A stretch of 28,727 bases of DNA from a virus (lineage: Duplodnaviria > Caudoviricetes): the IMG/VR virus record IMGVR_UViG_3300032227_000589, positions 1 to 28,727 of that record. One strand, written 5' to 3'. A model generated the notes under the pieces. That model did not search any database. It was not told the origin of the DNA and saw only the letters and a program-made list of their open reading frames with translations. Position 1 is the first letter of the stretch; each line of letters starts with the position of its first letter. The translations under genes were made by a program, and so were the position numbers. Positions 7,518 through 17,042 of this stretch are shown here, piece by piece.

Positions 7518-9168
7518 GTCATCTGGCGGTTCACCATCAATTATGATGATCCCTCAACAGCAGCAAACTTCTAGCACCGTGTCACTACCAGCATGGGTAG
7601 ATCAAGCGGCGCAAGAAAACCTGCGTATGGCTAACGATATTTCTGGCCGCCTACCTGGGCCATATACTGGCCAGCGCGTTGCTGACATGACGCCAGGACA
7701 GTTATCGGCAATAGATGCAATTAATCAAAATGTAGGCTCTACAAGCTCGCAATTTAACAATGCGGCTAATATGGCTAGTCAGGCGTTGCAAGGCGCTATG
7801 CCTGGATACCAGAGCGCAATGAACCTAACAGGACAGGCATTAAATCCAATGTCTGTTAGGGATGCTATTGCTGGCTTAAACCAAGCTGCTCAGCGTGGAT
7901 ATAATGATGTCCAGGCTTCTGGCGACCCATTAGCAAGCTCAATGCAGACGCTAGGCTCTGTCTATAACCCAGCTGCTGGCGGCGTTAGATCCGTTGCTGG
8001 CGCTCAAGATATGATCGGGCAGTCATTCAATCCAGTTTATCAAGCTACTAATCCGGCAATCAGTTCACTACGGCAGACAGTAGATGACGCTCGTAGTTTG
8101 CAGGGATTTAATCCAGATAGGGTTTCTGCCCAATCATTGCCGCAAGGCGATATTGCCTCGTATATGAACCCATATACTGAGAATGTTATTAACTCATCTT
8201 TGAATGTGCTTGATCGTCAAAGACAGGGTGCATTAAATCAAAACGCCGATGCTGCAATTAGAAGCAAGGCTTTTGGTGGTTCTCGCCAAGCTATTCAAGA
8301 TGCGGCGACTAATACTGAATATGGTATCCAGGGCGCTCAGTTAGCATCCAATCTTCAGAACCAGAATTTTCAGCAAGCTCAGGCTGCATTGCAAGCAGAT
8401 CAAGCTCGTCGTCTCCAGGCTGACTTGGCTAATCAATCTGCCGGTATCCAAGGCGCAGGCGTTAGACAAAACGCTGCACAGCTTACGGGTAATTTAGCAA
8501 ACACTCTTGGTGGATTGGGTCTTAACGCTGGCCAGTTTGGTATATCCGCTGGAAATGCTTACGGCAATCTTGGTTTGCAAAATGCTCAGACAGGTATCAG
8601 CCAAGCTAATACAATGGGTCAGTTAGGCTTATCCGCTAGAGGGCAAGACATTTCTGCTCAGCAAGCAAATCAAGACGCTGCGCTTCGTAATCAGTCAAAT
8701 CAAATATCGGCTATTCAAAATGCCGGTTCACTTGGATTACAAAATGCTGGTCTTACAATGCAAGGCGCTGGACAGCTTGCAGACATAGCTAATCAGCGTG
8801 CTTCGCTCGGCCTAGATACATCTCGCACTCTTGGCGATTTAGCCGGAGCCGGTCAGCAAGCGTTTCTTCAAGGCGCAAACGCTGGAATTGATGCTGGTGG
8901 GTTGCTTCAAAATCAACAGCAGAACCAGATTACAGCGGCTCAGCAAGCTATCGCTGACCAACGCGCTGCAATGCTTGACCCGATTACATTACGCCTTCAA
9001 GCGCTTGGCCAGACGCCATATGGCCAGACGACAACAGGAAGCTCATTCGGCTTACAGGGGCAAGCATATCAACCAACAAGCAGCAGCCCGCTTGCTGGCT
9101 TACTAGGTGCTGGCCTTACTGGATTGCGTGCCGCCTCTGGCCTTGGCTGGCAACCATTAGGAAGATAG
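7510..9168 (+). CDS. DNA ejection/pilot protein (P22 gp7-like position)
   Basis: MGKSSGGS N-terminus, Q/A/G/N-rich, YMNPY and AFGGSR motifs. Confidence 0.65.
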   Translation: MGKSSGGSPSIMMIPQQQQTSSTVSLPAWVDQAAQENLRMANDISGRLPGPYTGQRVADMTPGQLSAIDAINQNVGSTSSQFNNAANMASQALQGAMPGYQSAMNLTGQALNPMSVRDAIAGLNQAAQRGYNDVQASGDPLASSMQTLGSVYNPAAGGVRSVAGAQDMIGQSFNPVYQATNPAISSLRQTVDDARSLQGFNPDRVSAQSLPQGDIASYMNPYTENVINSSLNVLDRQRQGALNQNADAAIRSKAFGGSRQAIQDAATNTEYGIQGAQLASNLQNQNFQQAQAALQADQARRLQADLANQSAGIQGAGVRQNAAQLTGNLANTLGGLGLNAGQFGISAGNAYGNLGLQNAQTGISQANTMGQLGLSARGQDISAQQANQDAALRNQSNQISAIQNAGSLGLQNAGLTMQGAGQLADIANQRASLGLDTSRTLGDLAGAGQQAFLQGANAGIDAGGLLQNQQQNQITAAQQAIADQRAAMLDPITLRLQALGQTPYGQTTTGSSFGLQGQAYQPTSSSPLAGLLGAGLTGLRAASGLGWQPLGR

Positions 9169-9172
9169 CCCA

Positions 9173-9835
9173 ATGAATTTAGCGCAAACAGATATTGAAT
9201 ATCTTCGCCAGAAAGCTGCTGATAAAGGCTATAACGCCGATGATTTGTTAAAAGTCATCAACTACGAAAGTAGTGGCAGGCCAGATGTGTGGGGCGGGAA
9301 GAATAACCAGTATTATGGCTTAATCCAATTTGGCCCAGAAGAGCGTAAACAGTTCGGCGTTGATACACTGCATCCATCAGCAATCAATCAAATTGATGCA
9401 ACATTTAAGTTTTTAGATGCGCGTGGCTTCAAGCCTGGGATGGGTTTACTGGATGCCTATTCAACTGTGAATGCTGGTTCGCCAGGACACTATAAAGCAT
9501 CAGATGGCAATGGGACTGTTGCTAGTCATGTTGCCGCTATGCAGGGTAATGCAGTTGGCCAGCCAATGAATATAGCGCCGGCGGTGAATACGACATCTGA
9601 CAAGACAAAGGATGAGATTACAGCATTGATTGATGCTGGCTACGATCCCAAGGCTCTGAAAGCCAAGCAAGCTATGAATGAGCTAGGTGACTATGGCGAT
9701 GGCCTTTTAAAGCAAGCCTACCAGCCAGCGCAGATGTTATCGCCTACACCAATGGCGCCCATGCAGATGATGAATGCGCCAATTCCTCAAGCTAATCGTT
9801 TTAACCGTGGCCGCACTCGCGGGCTCTTAGGATAA
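9173..9835 (+). CDS. Virion-associated lysozyme-like/lytic transglycosylase protein
   Basis: YESSG (catalytic Glu) and YGLIQF motifs; lies in the ejection cluster. Confidence 0.65.
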   Translation: MNLAQTDIEYLRQKAADKGYNADDLLKVINYESSGRPDVWGGKNNQYYGLIQFGPEERKQFGVDTLHPSAINQIDATFKFLDARGFKPGMGLLDAYSTVNAGSPGHYKASDGNGTVASHVAAMQGNAVGQPMNIAPAVNTTSDKTKDEITALIDAGYDPKALKAKQAMNELGDYGDGLLKQAYQPAQMLSPTPMAPMQMMNAPIPQANRFNRGRTRGLLG

Positions 9836-9845
9836 GAGGCTAATA

Positions 9846-11003
9846 ATGGCACTGATGGACTTCGCCTCGCGGCTGCTTGGTTATAACCCATTTGATACGC
9901 AAAATTCCAATGCGCCTGTATCCGGCCAGCAAGCATCTACGGCTGCTATTGCTCAGCCAACGCTTGGCCAGATGTATCAAGATGATTTACGACAAGCTCA
10001 GTTTGATAGGCTAGGTAATCTTGGCATGTTGTTGTTAGCTTCCAGCCAGCAGCTAACGCCATCACAAAGAGCCACTATCCTCGCTCAAGCACCTCAATAT
10101 ATGGACGGCGCTCAGCGTGATGCGATGACAGCTGCGCAAGCTCGGCTGATGAATATGCAGGGCAAGGCAACTCAAGATGAGATGACAAGAGTAGATGCTC
10201 TGCGTCAAAGATTTAATGATCCAAATTTTGTTAAGTCGCTTGGCTTGTCACAAGATCAAGCTCAGGCTCTTGGGCCTGCTGGCATTCAAAAGCTGCTTGA
10301 GAACCAAGCAATGGCTAATACGCCAGAAAACATTTTGGATAGACAATATAAGCAAGCTCAGATTGAACATTTGCTTAACCCACCTAAGACGCAAGTAACA
10401 CCACAAATGGTTGACTTGCCAGGTGGCGGTAAGGGATGGGCTACGCCAGGAAGCGCTGATGTATTGCCTATCGGTGGTGCTGGCAAAGGTGGCACTGACC
10501 CAGAAACAGCAAAACGAACAGAGGCAGAGGATAAGAACCTCACATATGCCAAGGAAGCTATTACTGCGAATAGGTATCTTTCTGATCCATTAATCTATGG
10601 TGACTTAACGAGCGGCTATAAAAATCGAGTTAATAAAATTCCTACACTAGAAGGATCATGGGCTGGTGAGAAATACCTAACAGGTGACAGCCAAGCTAAT
10701 AGCTTCGTTGATAGTGTTGTTAGACCGCGATCTGGCGCAGTCGTTGGGCAATCTGAGATGGCTGATAAAAAGCGCATCTTTACGCCTATGCCAGGCGATA
10801 GTCAGGAAAGACTTTTCCAAAAAGCACAACAGCGATCTGAGCATATTAAGAGCCTCATAGCCGGTGCTAATCCAGCTGACAGGCCGATGCTGCAAAAGAT
10901 GTTTGAGGATAGCCAGCAAGAGCTATTGAACGCTTACCCAAGCAATCAAACAAATTCTCAGCAAGGTATTCCAGGCGTAAAAAGCATCCGTCAGATACAA
11001 TAA
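9846..11003 (+). CDS. Putative ejection (internal virion) protein
   Basis: 385 aa, Q/A-rich and helical; RPRSGAVV...E...FTPMPGDS motif; position in the ejection cluster. Confidence 0.55.
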   Translation: MALMDFASRLLGYNPFDTQNSNAPVSGQQASTAAIAQPTLGQMYQDDLRQAQFDRLGNLGMLLLASSQQLTPSQRATILAQAPQYMDGAQRDAMTAAQARLMNMQGKATQDEMTRVDALRQRFNDPNFVKSLGLSQDQAQALGPAGIQKLLENQAMANTPENILDRQYKQAQIEHLLNPPKTQVTPQMVDLPGGGKGWATPGSADVLPIGGAGKGGTDPETAKRTEAEDKNLTYAKEAITANRYLSDPLIYGDLTSGYKNRVNKIPTLEGSWAGEKYLTGDSQANSFVDSVVRPRSGAVVGQSEMADKKRIFTPMPGDSQERLFQKAQQRSEHIKSLIAGANPADRPMLQKMFEDSQQELLNAYPSNQTNSQQGIPGVKSIRQIQ

Positions 11004-11017
11004 TTGAAAGGCTTGAT

Positions 11018-13096
11018 ATGCCAACCTTCCAAATAGAACTTGATGATGGCCGTAAATTTGAGGTTGACGCTGTAGATCAACAGTCTGCTCTAGCTGCATT
11101 TCGCCCTAGTGTAGATCAGTCTCAGCCTCTTGATATGTATCATCAAAGAGCACGCGACGTTATCAACGAGCAAGCTGCAAGGGGGCGGGATATATCCGGC
11201 GGGTATTTGGATAAATACCTCAAGGGCGCAACTATGGGCTTTGGCGATGAGCTGGTCGCTGGGATGAGAACTGGCCTTGGCGCTGTTGTAGATCCAATGT
11301 TGCACATTGGTGATCCTAATTACAAAAGCATCCCTATTGCTGAGCGCTACAATTACGAAAAGGCTCTGGAAGACGAGCGCGCCAAAGATGCTGACAAGCG
11401 AACTGGCATTTTGGGTAAAGCAACTGAGATTGTTGGCGGTCTTGGAACTGGTCTAGGAGCGGCTAGAAATGGCCTTACCCTGATAAGAGAGGGACAGCAG
11501 CTTCTGCCAAGGATAGGCTACTCAGCGCTTGAGGGCGCTGGATATGGCGCAGTTTCTGGAGCTGGTGAAGGCGATGGTTTTAATGATCGCGTGCAGAAGG
11601 CGATTGCCGGCGGCGCCAGCGGTGCCGCAATAGGCTCAGCGTTGCCAGCAGCTGGTGAAGCAATCAAAACTGCAGTAGCGCCAGCTTTATCAAATATAAC
11701 CGCTCGCGTTGATCCGGCTGGTTATGCCAGATCTTTAATAGCTCGCGGATTAGATCGGTCTGGAATGTCTGCAGACGATGTCACGCAGCGCTTGCAACAA
11801 GCTAGGGCTGAAGGACAGGGCAATTATCAGCTGGCAGATGTCAGCCCCGCTTTTCAACGTATGACTGCCGGATTTATGAAAGCGCCCGGTGAGGCTAAAA
11901 CTCTCGGCACTGAAATGCTAGAGCGCCGCCAGGCAAATCAAGGCGCTGAGTTACGGTCTGCAGTGCGTGAGGGGTTAAATGCCCCACAGACTGCAGAGCA
12001 GCTTGATGTTGCCCTTAGAGAATTGAGACGAAATGAAGCTAATGCACTTTATGGGATAGTTGACCGTCAAGCTCAATCTGTTGACGTTACGCCTGCATTA
12101 GCGGAAGCAGATGCTTTCCTTCGCCCAGGTGGAAATACAATCGGCCCAGAATTAGGACAAACCGTAAGGGACGACAGTATTGAAGCCGCTGTGAGAAGAG
12201 CTAGAGGATATCTAGCCAATGGCGACGATAGAGTTACTAATTTCCAGCAAGCCCTGCGTGCTAAGCAGGAAATAGATAATCTTATAGAAGCTGCCAATCC
12301 GCAAATACAAATGCGGCTTATTCCTGTTCGGGATGCTTTAGACGCTCAATTAGAGCAAGCGTCAGGCATGTATGCGACTGCGCGAGATACATATCGACGT
12401 AGGTCTGAGCAGATTAATGCGATTACTCAAGGACGCAATTCTGCTAACTCTGGATTGCCAGAAGATACAATCCCAGCATTTGCTAGACTATCCCCCGCAG
12501 AGCAATCATCTTTTAGAGTTGGTTATGCCGACAGCTTAATGGGAAGTCTTGGCGGCCCACCAGGTGTAAATAAAGCTAGGCCATTAACGGCTGATTATGT
12601 TCAGCAAGAAATAAACGCTATTGCTGAGCCTGGCCGATCTCAAAGACTATTTAGAACTATTGATAGATCGGGTCAGATGAATGAGACAAGAAATCTATCA
12701 AATAGAGGATCTGCAACCGCAGAAAATATAGCTGATGCTCAAGATGCGACCGTAGACCCGAGGTTATTTAGCCAGATTGCTCAGGGCAACTTAATGGGCG
12801 CCCTGTCTACGCTTGGAACCGGCGCATCAAATGCTGTTACAGGAAATACAGAGGCAGTCAGAAACGAGGCTTTGCGTATTCTGCTTGGTGTAAATCCAGC
12901 AACTCAGTCTGCTAGTTCCGCTAAACAGTTATTACAGCGGATTGGTATTGCAACTCCAAACAGAGCACCTGTAACAGATCTGAGGGCAATGCTCGCAGAG
13001 ATACAAGCTGCAACTCGCAGGCGTCAACGAAGCGAGGCGAATGCTTTACGCGGCCTCCTATCTGTTAGTGGCGAGCAAGCGGGGTTTATGCAATGA
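11018..13096 (+). CDS. Large ejection (internal virion) protein
   Basis: 692 aa; GATMGFGDEL and Gly/Ala-rich membrane-active segments; last gene of the virion cluster. Confidence 0.6.
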   Translation: MPTFQIELDDGRKFEVDAVDQQSALAAFRPSVDQSQPLDMYHQRARDVINEQAARGRDISGGYLDKYLKGATMGFGDELVAGMRTGLGAVVDPMLHIGDPNYKSIPIAERYNYEKALEDERAKDADKRTGILGKATEIVGGLGTGLGAARNGLTLIREGQQLLPRIGYSALEGAGYGAVSGAGEGDGFNDRVQKAIAGGASGAAIGSALPAAGEAIKTAVAPALSNITARVDPAGYARSLIARGLDRSGMSADDVTQRLQQARAEGQGNYQLADVSPAFQRMTAGFMKAPGEAKTLGTEMLERRQANQGAELRSAVREGLNAPQTAEQLDVALRELRRNEANALYGIVDRQAQSVDVTPALAEADAFLRPGGNTIGPELGQTVRDDSIEAAVRRARGYLANGDDRVTNFQQALRAKQEIDNLIEAANPQIQMRLIPVRDALDAQLEQASGMYATARDTYRRRSEQINAITQGRNSANSGLPEDTIPAFARLSPAEQSSFRVGYADSLMGSLGGPPGVNKARPLTADYVQQEINAIAEPGRSQRLFRTIDRSGQMNETRNLSNRGSATAENIADAQDATVDPRLFSQIAQGNLMGALSTLGTGASNAVTGNTEAVRNEALRILLGVNPATQSASSAKQLLQRIGIATPNRAPVTDLRAMLAEIQAATRRRQRSEANALRGLLSVSGEQAGFMQ

Positions 13097-13185
13097 TATA
13101 CTTTCTATTCTTCCTCACTTTACCAATTACGATGTCAATGATGGCTTGTTCAGCTATCAGATCTTATGTGCGTGCAAAGAAATAA
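13093..13185 (+). CDS. Possible 30-aa hydrophobic peptide (not in ORF track)
   Basis: ATGA overlap with the upstream stop; MIYFLFFLTLPITMSMMACSAIRSYVRAKK. Confidence 0.3.
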   Translation: MIYFLFFLTLPITMSMMACSAIRSYVRAKK

Positions 13186-13264
13186 TTCAATTATTTCTGC
13201 ACATAACAGCAGCAATTAAAGTTACGCTGCTATTCTAGGCGTTAGACGCCGCAATCCATAGGAA

Positions 13265-13783
13265 ATGATGAAATATTGGAACCTCCGCTTTGCGGGGGCG
13301 TTGGCGCTTGCGTTATTCGCTTCGCCTGCCTTTGCATCCGTAGATCCAGTGTCGGATCTTTTCGACGGTTTATTTGATCAAGAACCAGTTCAAGTTCAAC
13401 AAACCACCTGGCGCAAGCATGGGCGCCGTATCCACATAGATACAAACTCCAGCGTCAATCAAATGATTGCCGAGCATGTATCAGCTCGCATTGGTTCGCA
13501 TTGGGTAGATACAGCAATCCAGATCGCTCGCATCGAGAGCGGCGGTAATTGCTCAGCAGTAAATAGATCCGGCGCTACAGGAATATTCCAAGTCATAAAT
13601 CCACAACGCTTTGGTGTTTCTCGCGCAGCTGCTCGGACATGTTCTGGCGGTATCGCTGCAGGCGTTTCTCACATGGAAGCCTGCATAGCTAAGGGTGCAC
13701 AAACACACGCTCAAATGTTGAGGTGTCATAACAGCGGCTCACCTTTTGGAAGGGTTGAGCGCGCCTATCGGAGATACGTTTAA
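13265..13783 (+). CDS. Signal-peptide-bearing SLT-type lytic transglycosylase
   Basis: Sec-like leader ending SPAFA; motifs IARIESGG, GATGIFQV, HNSG. Confidence 0.75.
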   Translation: MMKYWNLRFAGALALALFASPAFASVDPVSDLFDGLFDQEPVQVQQTTWRKHGRRIHIDTNSSVNQMIAEHVSARIGSHWVDTAIQIARIESGGNCSAVNRSGATGIFQVINPQRFGVSRAAARTCSGGIAAGVSHMEACIAKGAQTHAQMLRCHNSGSPFGRVERAYRRYV

Positions 13784-14256
13784 TGTCACAGTGGCCTCTG
13801 CAAAGCGAATGCTTGGCAAAGTTTGGAAACCCATACGCACCAGGTTGGGGGAACACGCACATTGTTCATGTGCAATGCCCCTGGCAGCTTTATATGGGGC
13901 AACTGCGTATTCCATACATCAAGATAAATAAGATTGCTGCAGACAGCTTAAAGCGCGTTCTGGATAACGTCTGGAACGACTGCGACAAAGACCTTGAAAA
14001 GATCAAAGCAATTCATGCTGATCAGTTCAGCGGTGATTGGGTAATACGCCAGGCGCGAGGTCTGAAAATGATCTCGATGCACAGCTATGGCTTGGCAATA
14101 GACTTTGATGCACCTCACAACGGCTTGGGCAGATCAAAGCATTTCTTTAATCACAAAAACCCATTGATTGCTGCATTCCTTGAGGAAGGTTGGATCTGGG
14201 GTGGCGATTGGAAACGCAAAGATGCCATGCATGTGCAGGCAGCGAGGCTCAAATGA
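13783..14256 (+). CDS. Endolysin, peptidase M15 family
   Basis: SMHSYGLAID (SxHxxGxAxD), WGGDW and DAMH zinc-binding motifs. Confidence 0.88.
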   Translation: MSQWPLQSECLAKFGNPYAPGWGNTHIVHVQCPWQLYMGQLRIPYIKINKIAADSLKRVLDNVWNDCDKDLEKIKAIHADQFSGDWVIRQARGLKMISMHSYGLAIDFDAPHNGLGRSKHFFNHKNPLIAAFLEEGWIWGGDWKRKDAMHVQAARLK

Positions 14257-14393
14257 TCCGCGAGCTAATTCACTCACTAATAACGCTACTCATGATGGTT
14301 TGTCTTTTATTTGGTGTGGCGTTTTTAACAGCATGCACGCCAGTGAAATACATCACTAAATGCACGTTTATTCAACCTGACAACTGTAACTAG
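14253..14393 (+). CDS. Small lipoprotein (46 aa)
   Basis: ATGA-coupled to the endolysin; hydrophobic stretch followed by lipobox LTAC. Confidence 0.55.
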   Translation: MIRELIHSLITLLMMVCLLFGVAFLTACTPVKYITKCTFIQPDNCN

Positions 14394-14402
14394 GAGAAAA
14401 CT

Positions 14403-14582
14403 ATGCTTATCGGATGGCGAACCTATCTTATGTCTGCTTTAACGGCAGCTTTTGGCGCACTGGCTGTAGCTGATTGGAATACGTTTCTAAACGACCCTAA
14501 AGCTGGCTGGTCAATTATCACCATGTCTGTCCTTATGGCAGTAATGCGTTCTATCACGACGACACCTCCTGCAAATAAATGA
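14403..14582 (+). CDS. Putative holin (59 aa, not in ORF track)
   Basis: RBS AGGAGA; MLIGWRTYLMSALTAAFGALAVADW...WSIITMSVLMAVMRSITTTPPANK; two hydrophobic segments. Confidence 0.7.
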   Translation: MLIGWRTYLMSALTAAFGALAVADWNTFLNDPKAGWSIITMSVLMAVMRSITTTPPANK

Positions 14583-14824
14583 TCTCCCTCATCCTATCAA
14601 TTATCAGCGGCCTGTTTAGCGCCGCTGGTAAGCTCTTTGAATTTATGTATGCGCAAAAGCTCGTAGATGCTGGCAAAACAGCTCAAAAGCTAGATGATTT
14701 AAAAGGTCAAATTGATGCAGCAAAGACGGCAGTTTTACTTCGTGAAAAGGCTCGCCGCGCTGCTGAGCTTGATCCAGCTGGCGTCATGTCAGACGACGAG
14801 TTTGTCCGACCCGACGATAAATAG
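14579..14824 (+). CDS. Putative i-spanin (Rz-like)
   Basis: N-terminal hydrophobic segment followed by coiled coil; overlapped by a lipoprotein ORF. Confidence 0.6.
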   Translation: MISLILSIISGLFSAAGKLFEFMYAQKLVDAGKTAQKLDDLKGQIDAAKTAVLLREKARRAAELDPAGVMSDDEFVRPDDK

Positions 14825-14945
14825 TCTCGCGTTTTGTGATGCCGCACGCCCAATTTACTGGTCGAAGCGTGATACTCCCAAAACAGTAGAGCAAATCAAA
14901 GAGCATAATGCGGTTGGACGCATATGTGGCTGGGGGAAGAAATGA
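14712..14945 (+). CDS. Putative o-spanin (Rz1-like lipoprotein); start uncertain
   Basis: Overlaps the previous gene in another frame; lipobox LASC; C...PIYWSKRDT...HNAV...CGW. Confidence 0.7.
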   Translation: MMQQRRQFYFVKRLAALLSLIQLASCQTTSLSDPTINSLAFCDAARPIYWSKRDTPKTVEQIKEHNAVGRICGWGKK

Positions 14946-15184
14946 TACGCAATGATGAAGGCTTCGTAAAACACACAATGGAAGCAATCGACGTTGTATT
15001 TACAACTGCTGGTGAAAAAGCATCTGCAGCTGTTAGCGTTGCAATGATTTCCACGCCAGTTTGGAAAGTATGGTTACAAAACATATCTGAGACAGCTGCT
15101 TTAATTGCCCCATTGTTGGGTTGCCTGTTTCTAGGTCTACAAATTTTGTTGAAGATCCTTGAAATAAGCTCCAGGGGGAAATGA
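14942..15184 (+). CDS. Small membrane protein (second holin/antiholin candidate)
   Basis: ATGA-coupled start MIRNDEG; two hydrophobic segments and a basic C-terminus. Confidence 0.45.
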   Translation: MIRNDEGFVKHTMEAIDVVFTTAGEKASAAVSVAMISTPVWKVWLQNISETAALIAPLLGCLFLGLQILLKILEISSRGK

Positions 15185-16323
15185 TGTCTCAGGTTGCTGG
15201 TAAAAGCCAACTGAGTGACGCAGAAATAAAGAAAACCAGAATAGCATTTGAAGCAACCGGCAATATAACACAAGCCGCCAACCTACTTGGTATCTCACGC
15301 CGAACGATGCAGCATAGATTGCGATGCATCAATAACCCGAGCGGCATAAACGCTGAAACAATTATCAAGCAAAAGTTTTCAGCACCAGAATTGCCCTCCT
15401 CACTACCATCTATCGAAGAATTACTTGAAGCTCGAACAGCCCAAGGCGAACGATCGAGAGTTGCAGATGAAGCGCGCCACCTTATACCTATTCAAGTCAA
15501 TATTGATGGGCCTTTTGGCCTTATGGTTTTCGGTGATCCTCATGTGGATGACGATGGTTGCAACATGCGCCTTTTGCGGCACCACGTTGAGCTCGCCAAG
15601 CACCCAGCAATTGTCACCGGCCACATCGGTGACGTTGCCAATTTTTGGGTTGGTCGGCTTGCGCGGTTATATGCACATCAATCCACCAGTGTTCACGAAG
15701 CCATCATGCTGGCCGAATGGTTGCTTACTCAGCATGACAACCTCTTCTGCGTCTTAGGCAATCACGACAGTTGGCAAGGCGGTGGATTAGAGAACCCAAT
15801 TAACTGGATACTACGTCACGCTGGAACAGTGACCGAGGATGCCGGCGTTCGGATTGCATTACAATCACCATGCGGAACAGTGACACGCCTTAATGCCAGG
15901 CATGATTTTCCAGGCAGAAGTCAATACAACATCAACCACGGCATGCGGCGTGAGCTGGCATTTGGCCATCGAGATCACATCCTGGTCAGTGGTCATCTGC
16001 ATAGCGGCGGCGACCAAGGCTTATGCCACGATGGTGATGGCATGGTCAGCCAGCTCGTCAGAGTTAGTGGCTACAAGCAAGTAGACCATTACGCCAAGCA
16101 ACTGAACTTCCCGCCTCAGAAAATTCACCCATCAGCGCTGATTATCATTGACCCCAGGGAGCCGGAAACAAGCCGCGCTCGATCCTGGTGCGCGCCGACT
16201 GTTGAGATCGGCGTAAAACTTTTGAATGCCATACGAGCAGATTACGAGGCGTATAATGAAGCTAGAAGAGAACAGCTTAGTTCAAGGAATAAAGACGGCT
16301 CTAATACAAAAAAACATAAGTAA
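15181..16323 (+). CDS. Calcineurin-like metallophosphoesterase with N-terminal Fis-type HTH
   Basis: GNITQAANLLGISRRT (HTH); GDPH, IGD, LGNHD, ARH and GHLH metal-binding motifs. Confidence 0.82.
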   Translation: MMSQVAGKSQLSDAEIKKTRIAFEATGNITQAANLLGISRRTMQHRLRCINNPSGINAETIIKQKFSAPELPSSLPSIEELLEARTAQGERSRVADEARHLIPIQVNIDGPFGLMVFGDPHVDDDGCNMRLLRHHVELAKHPAIVTGHIGDVANFWVGRLARLYAHQSTSVHEAIMLAEWLLTQHDNLFCVLGNHDSWQGGGLENPINWILRHAGTVTEDAGVRIALQSPCGTVTRLNARHDFPGRSQYNINHGMRRELAFGHRDHILVSGHLHSGGDQGLCHDGDGMVSQLVRVSGYKQVDHYAKQLNFPPQKIHPSALIIIDPREPETSRARSWCAPTVEIGVKLLNAIRADYEAYNEARREQLSSRNKDGSNTKKHK

Positions 16324-16516
16324 AGACGCTGCATTAACAGATGCAGCTGCCTGGATCGCAGAGCTTTCTCTCCAGGTGCAAAAGTCAGACAAACAAATAT
16401 CAGCCGGCTACTGCCGTCGAGACACTTCTCACCTCACTTACTTACACCCTCACATCACCGCGACAGCACCAGCAATCGTGGATGACGGCTCATGGATCGC
16501 AACCGGCAGGGAATAA
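16256..16516 (+). CDS. Hypothetical protein
   Basis: GAGG RBS before ATG 16256 (MKLEENSL), within ORF 16226-16516. Confidence 0.45.
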   Translation: MKLEENSLVQGIKTALIQKNISKDAALTDAAAWIAELSLQVQKSDKQISAGYCRRDTSHLTYLHPHITATAPAIVDDGSWIATGRE

Positions 16517-16520
16517 TCCC

Positions 16521-16757
16521 ATGATTGACGATGAAGACGATGATGAAGATTACGCACCAGATTGGCTTGATGAATTGCCATTAGATCCAGTTGCCGCCAG
16601 AGCAGAAGCATTCTGGAAAGGCATAGCTCTTCTTGTTCACATTCAAGACGCAGAGCTACGTCGAGAGGGTCTGATGATGTTGGGGGCTATCCGTAGGAGC
16701 TTTAAAACGCTTCCATCTGGCGATTTGGCCAGCATTCCAGGTGGCAAGCCTAACTAG
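16521..16757 (+). CDS. Hypothetical acidic protein
   Basis: MIDDEDDDEDYAPDW...; begins 4 nt after the previous stop. Confidence 0.5.
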   Translation: MIDDEDDDEDYAPDWLDELPLDPVAARAEAFWKGIALLVHIQDAELRREGLMMLGAIRRSFKTLPSGDLASIPGGKPN

Positions 16758-16775
16758 AACAAACCGTGTTCAATA

Positions 16776-17042
16776 TGCATATAGTTTTGCATACACTGCA
16801 TATACCTAGCTTCACGTTTTGTGCTCTTTTTGCCGGTTACAGGAAAACTTTTGTTCTCCTGTAACCTATTGTTTTTGGCGGAAGAGGTGGGATTTGAACC
16901 CACGATACGGTTTCCCGTATGGCGGTTTTCAAGGCCTATATGTATTTGCACCTTTCATATAGCCTAACATTTTGTTTCTATTCATATATTTCATCTAATT
17001 AGCCGGCCAATTACCTAGTTTTGTATATACTTTTGCATATAG
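16776..17042. repeat. Putative integrase arm-type sites flanking the att core
   Basis: Direct repeats TGYATAYAS at 16776, 16788, 16797 (left of core) and 17022, 17034 (right of core). Confidence 0.6.
16876..16933 (-). mobile_element. attP core: 3' portion of tRNA-Ser(UGA)
   Basis: Minus strand reads CTTGAAAACCGCCATACGGGAAACCGTATCGTGGGTTCAAATCCCACCTCTTCCGCCA: anticodon loop, long variable arm, T arm and CCA. The 5' half is absent. It sits about 80 bp from the integrase stop. Confidence 0.88.

Noticed and set aside
16876-16933. Functional phage tRNA-Ser gene
   Set aside because: The acceptor 5' strand, D arm and a proper 5' anticodon stem are missing, consistent with an att core.
16754-16951. 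65-aa minus-strand ORF
   Set aside because: Runs across the att core and arm repeats; no coding features.
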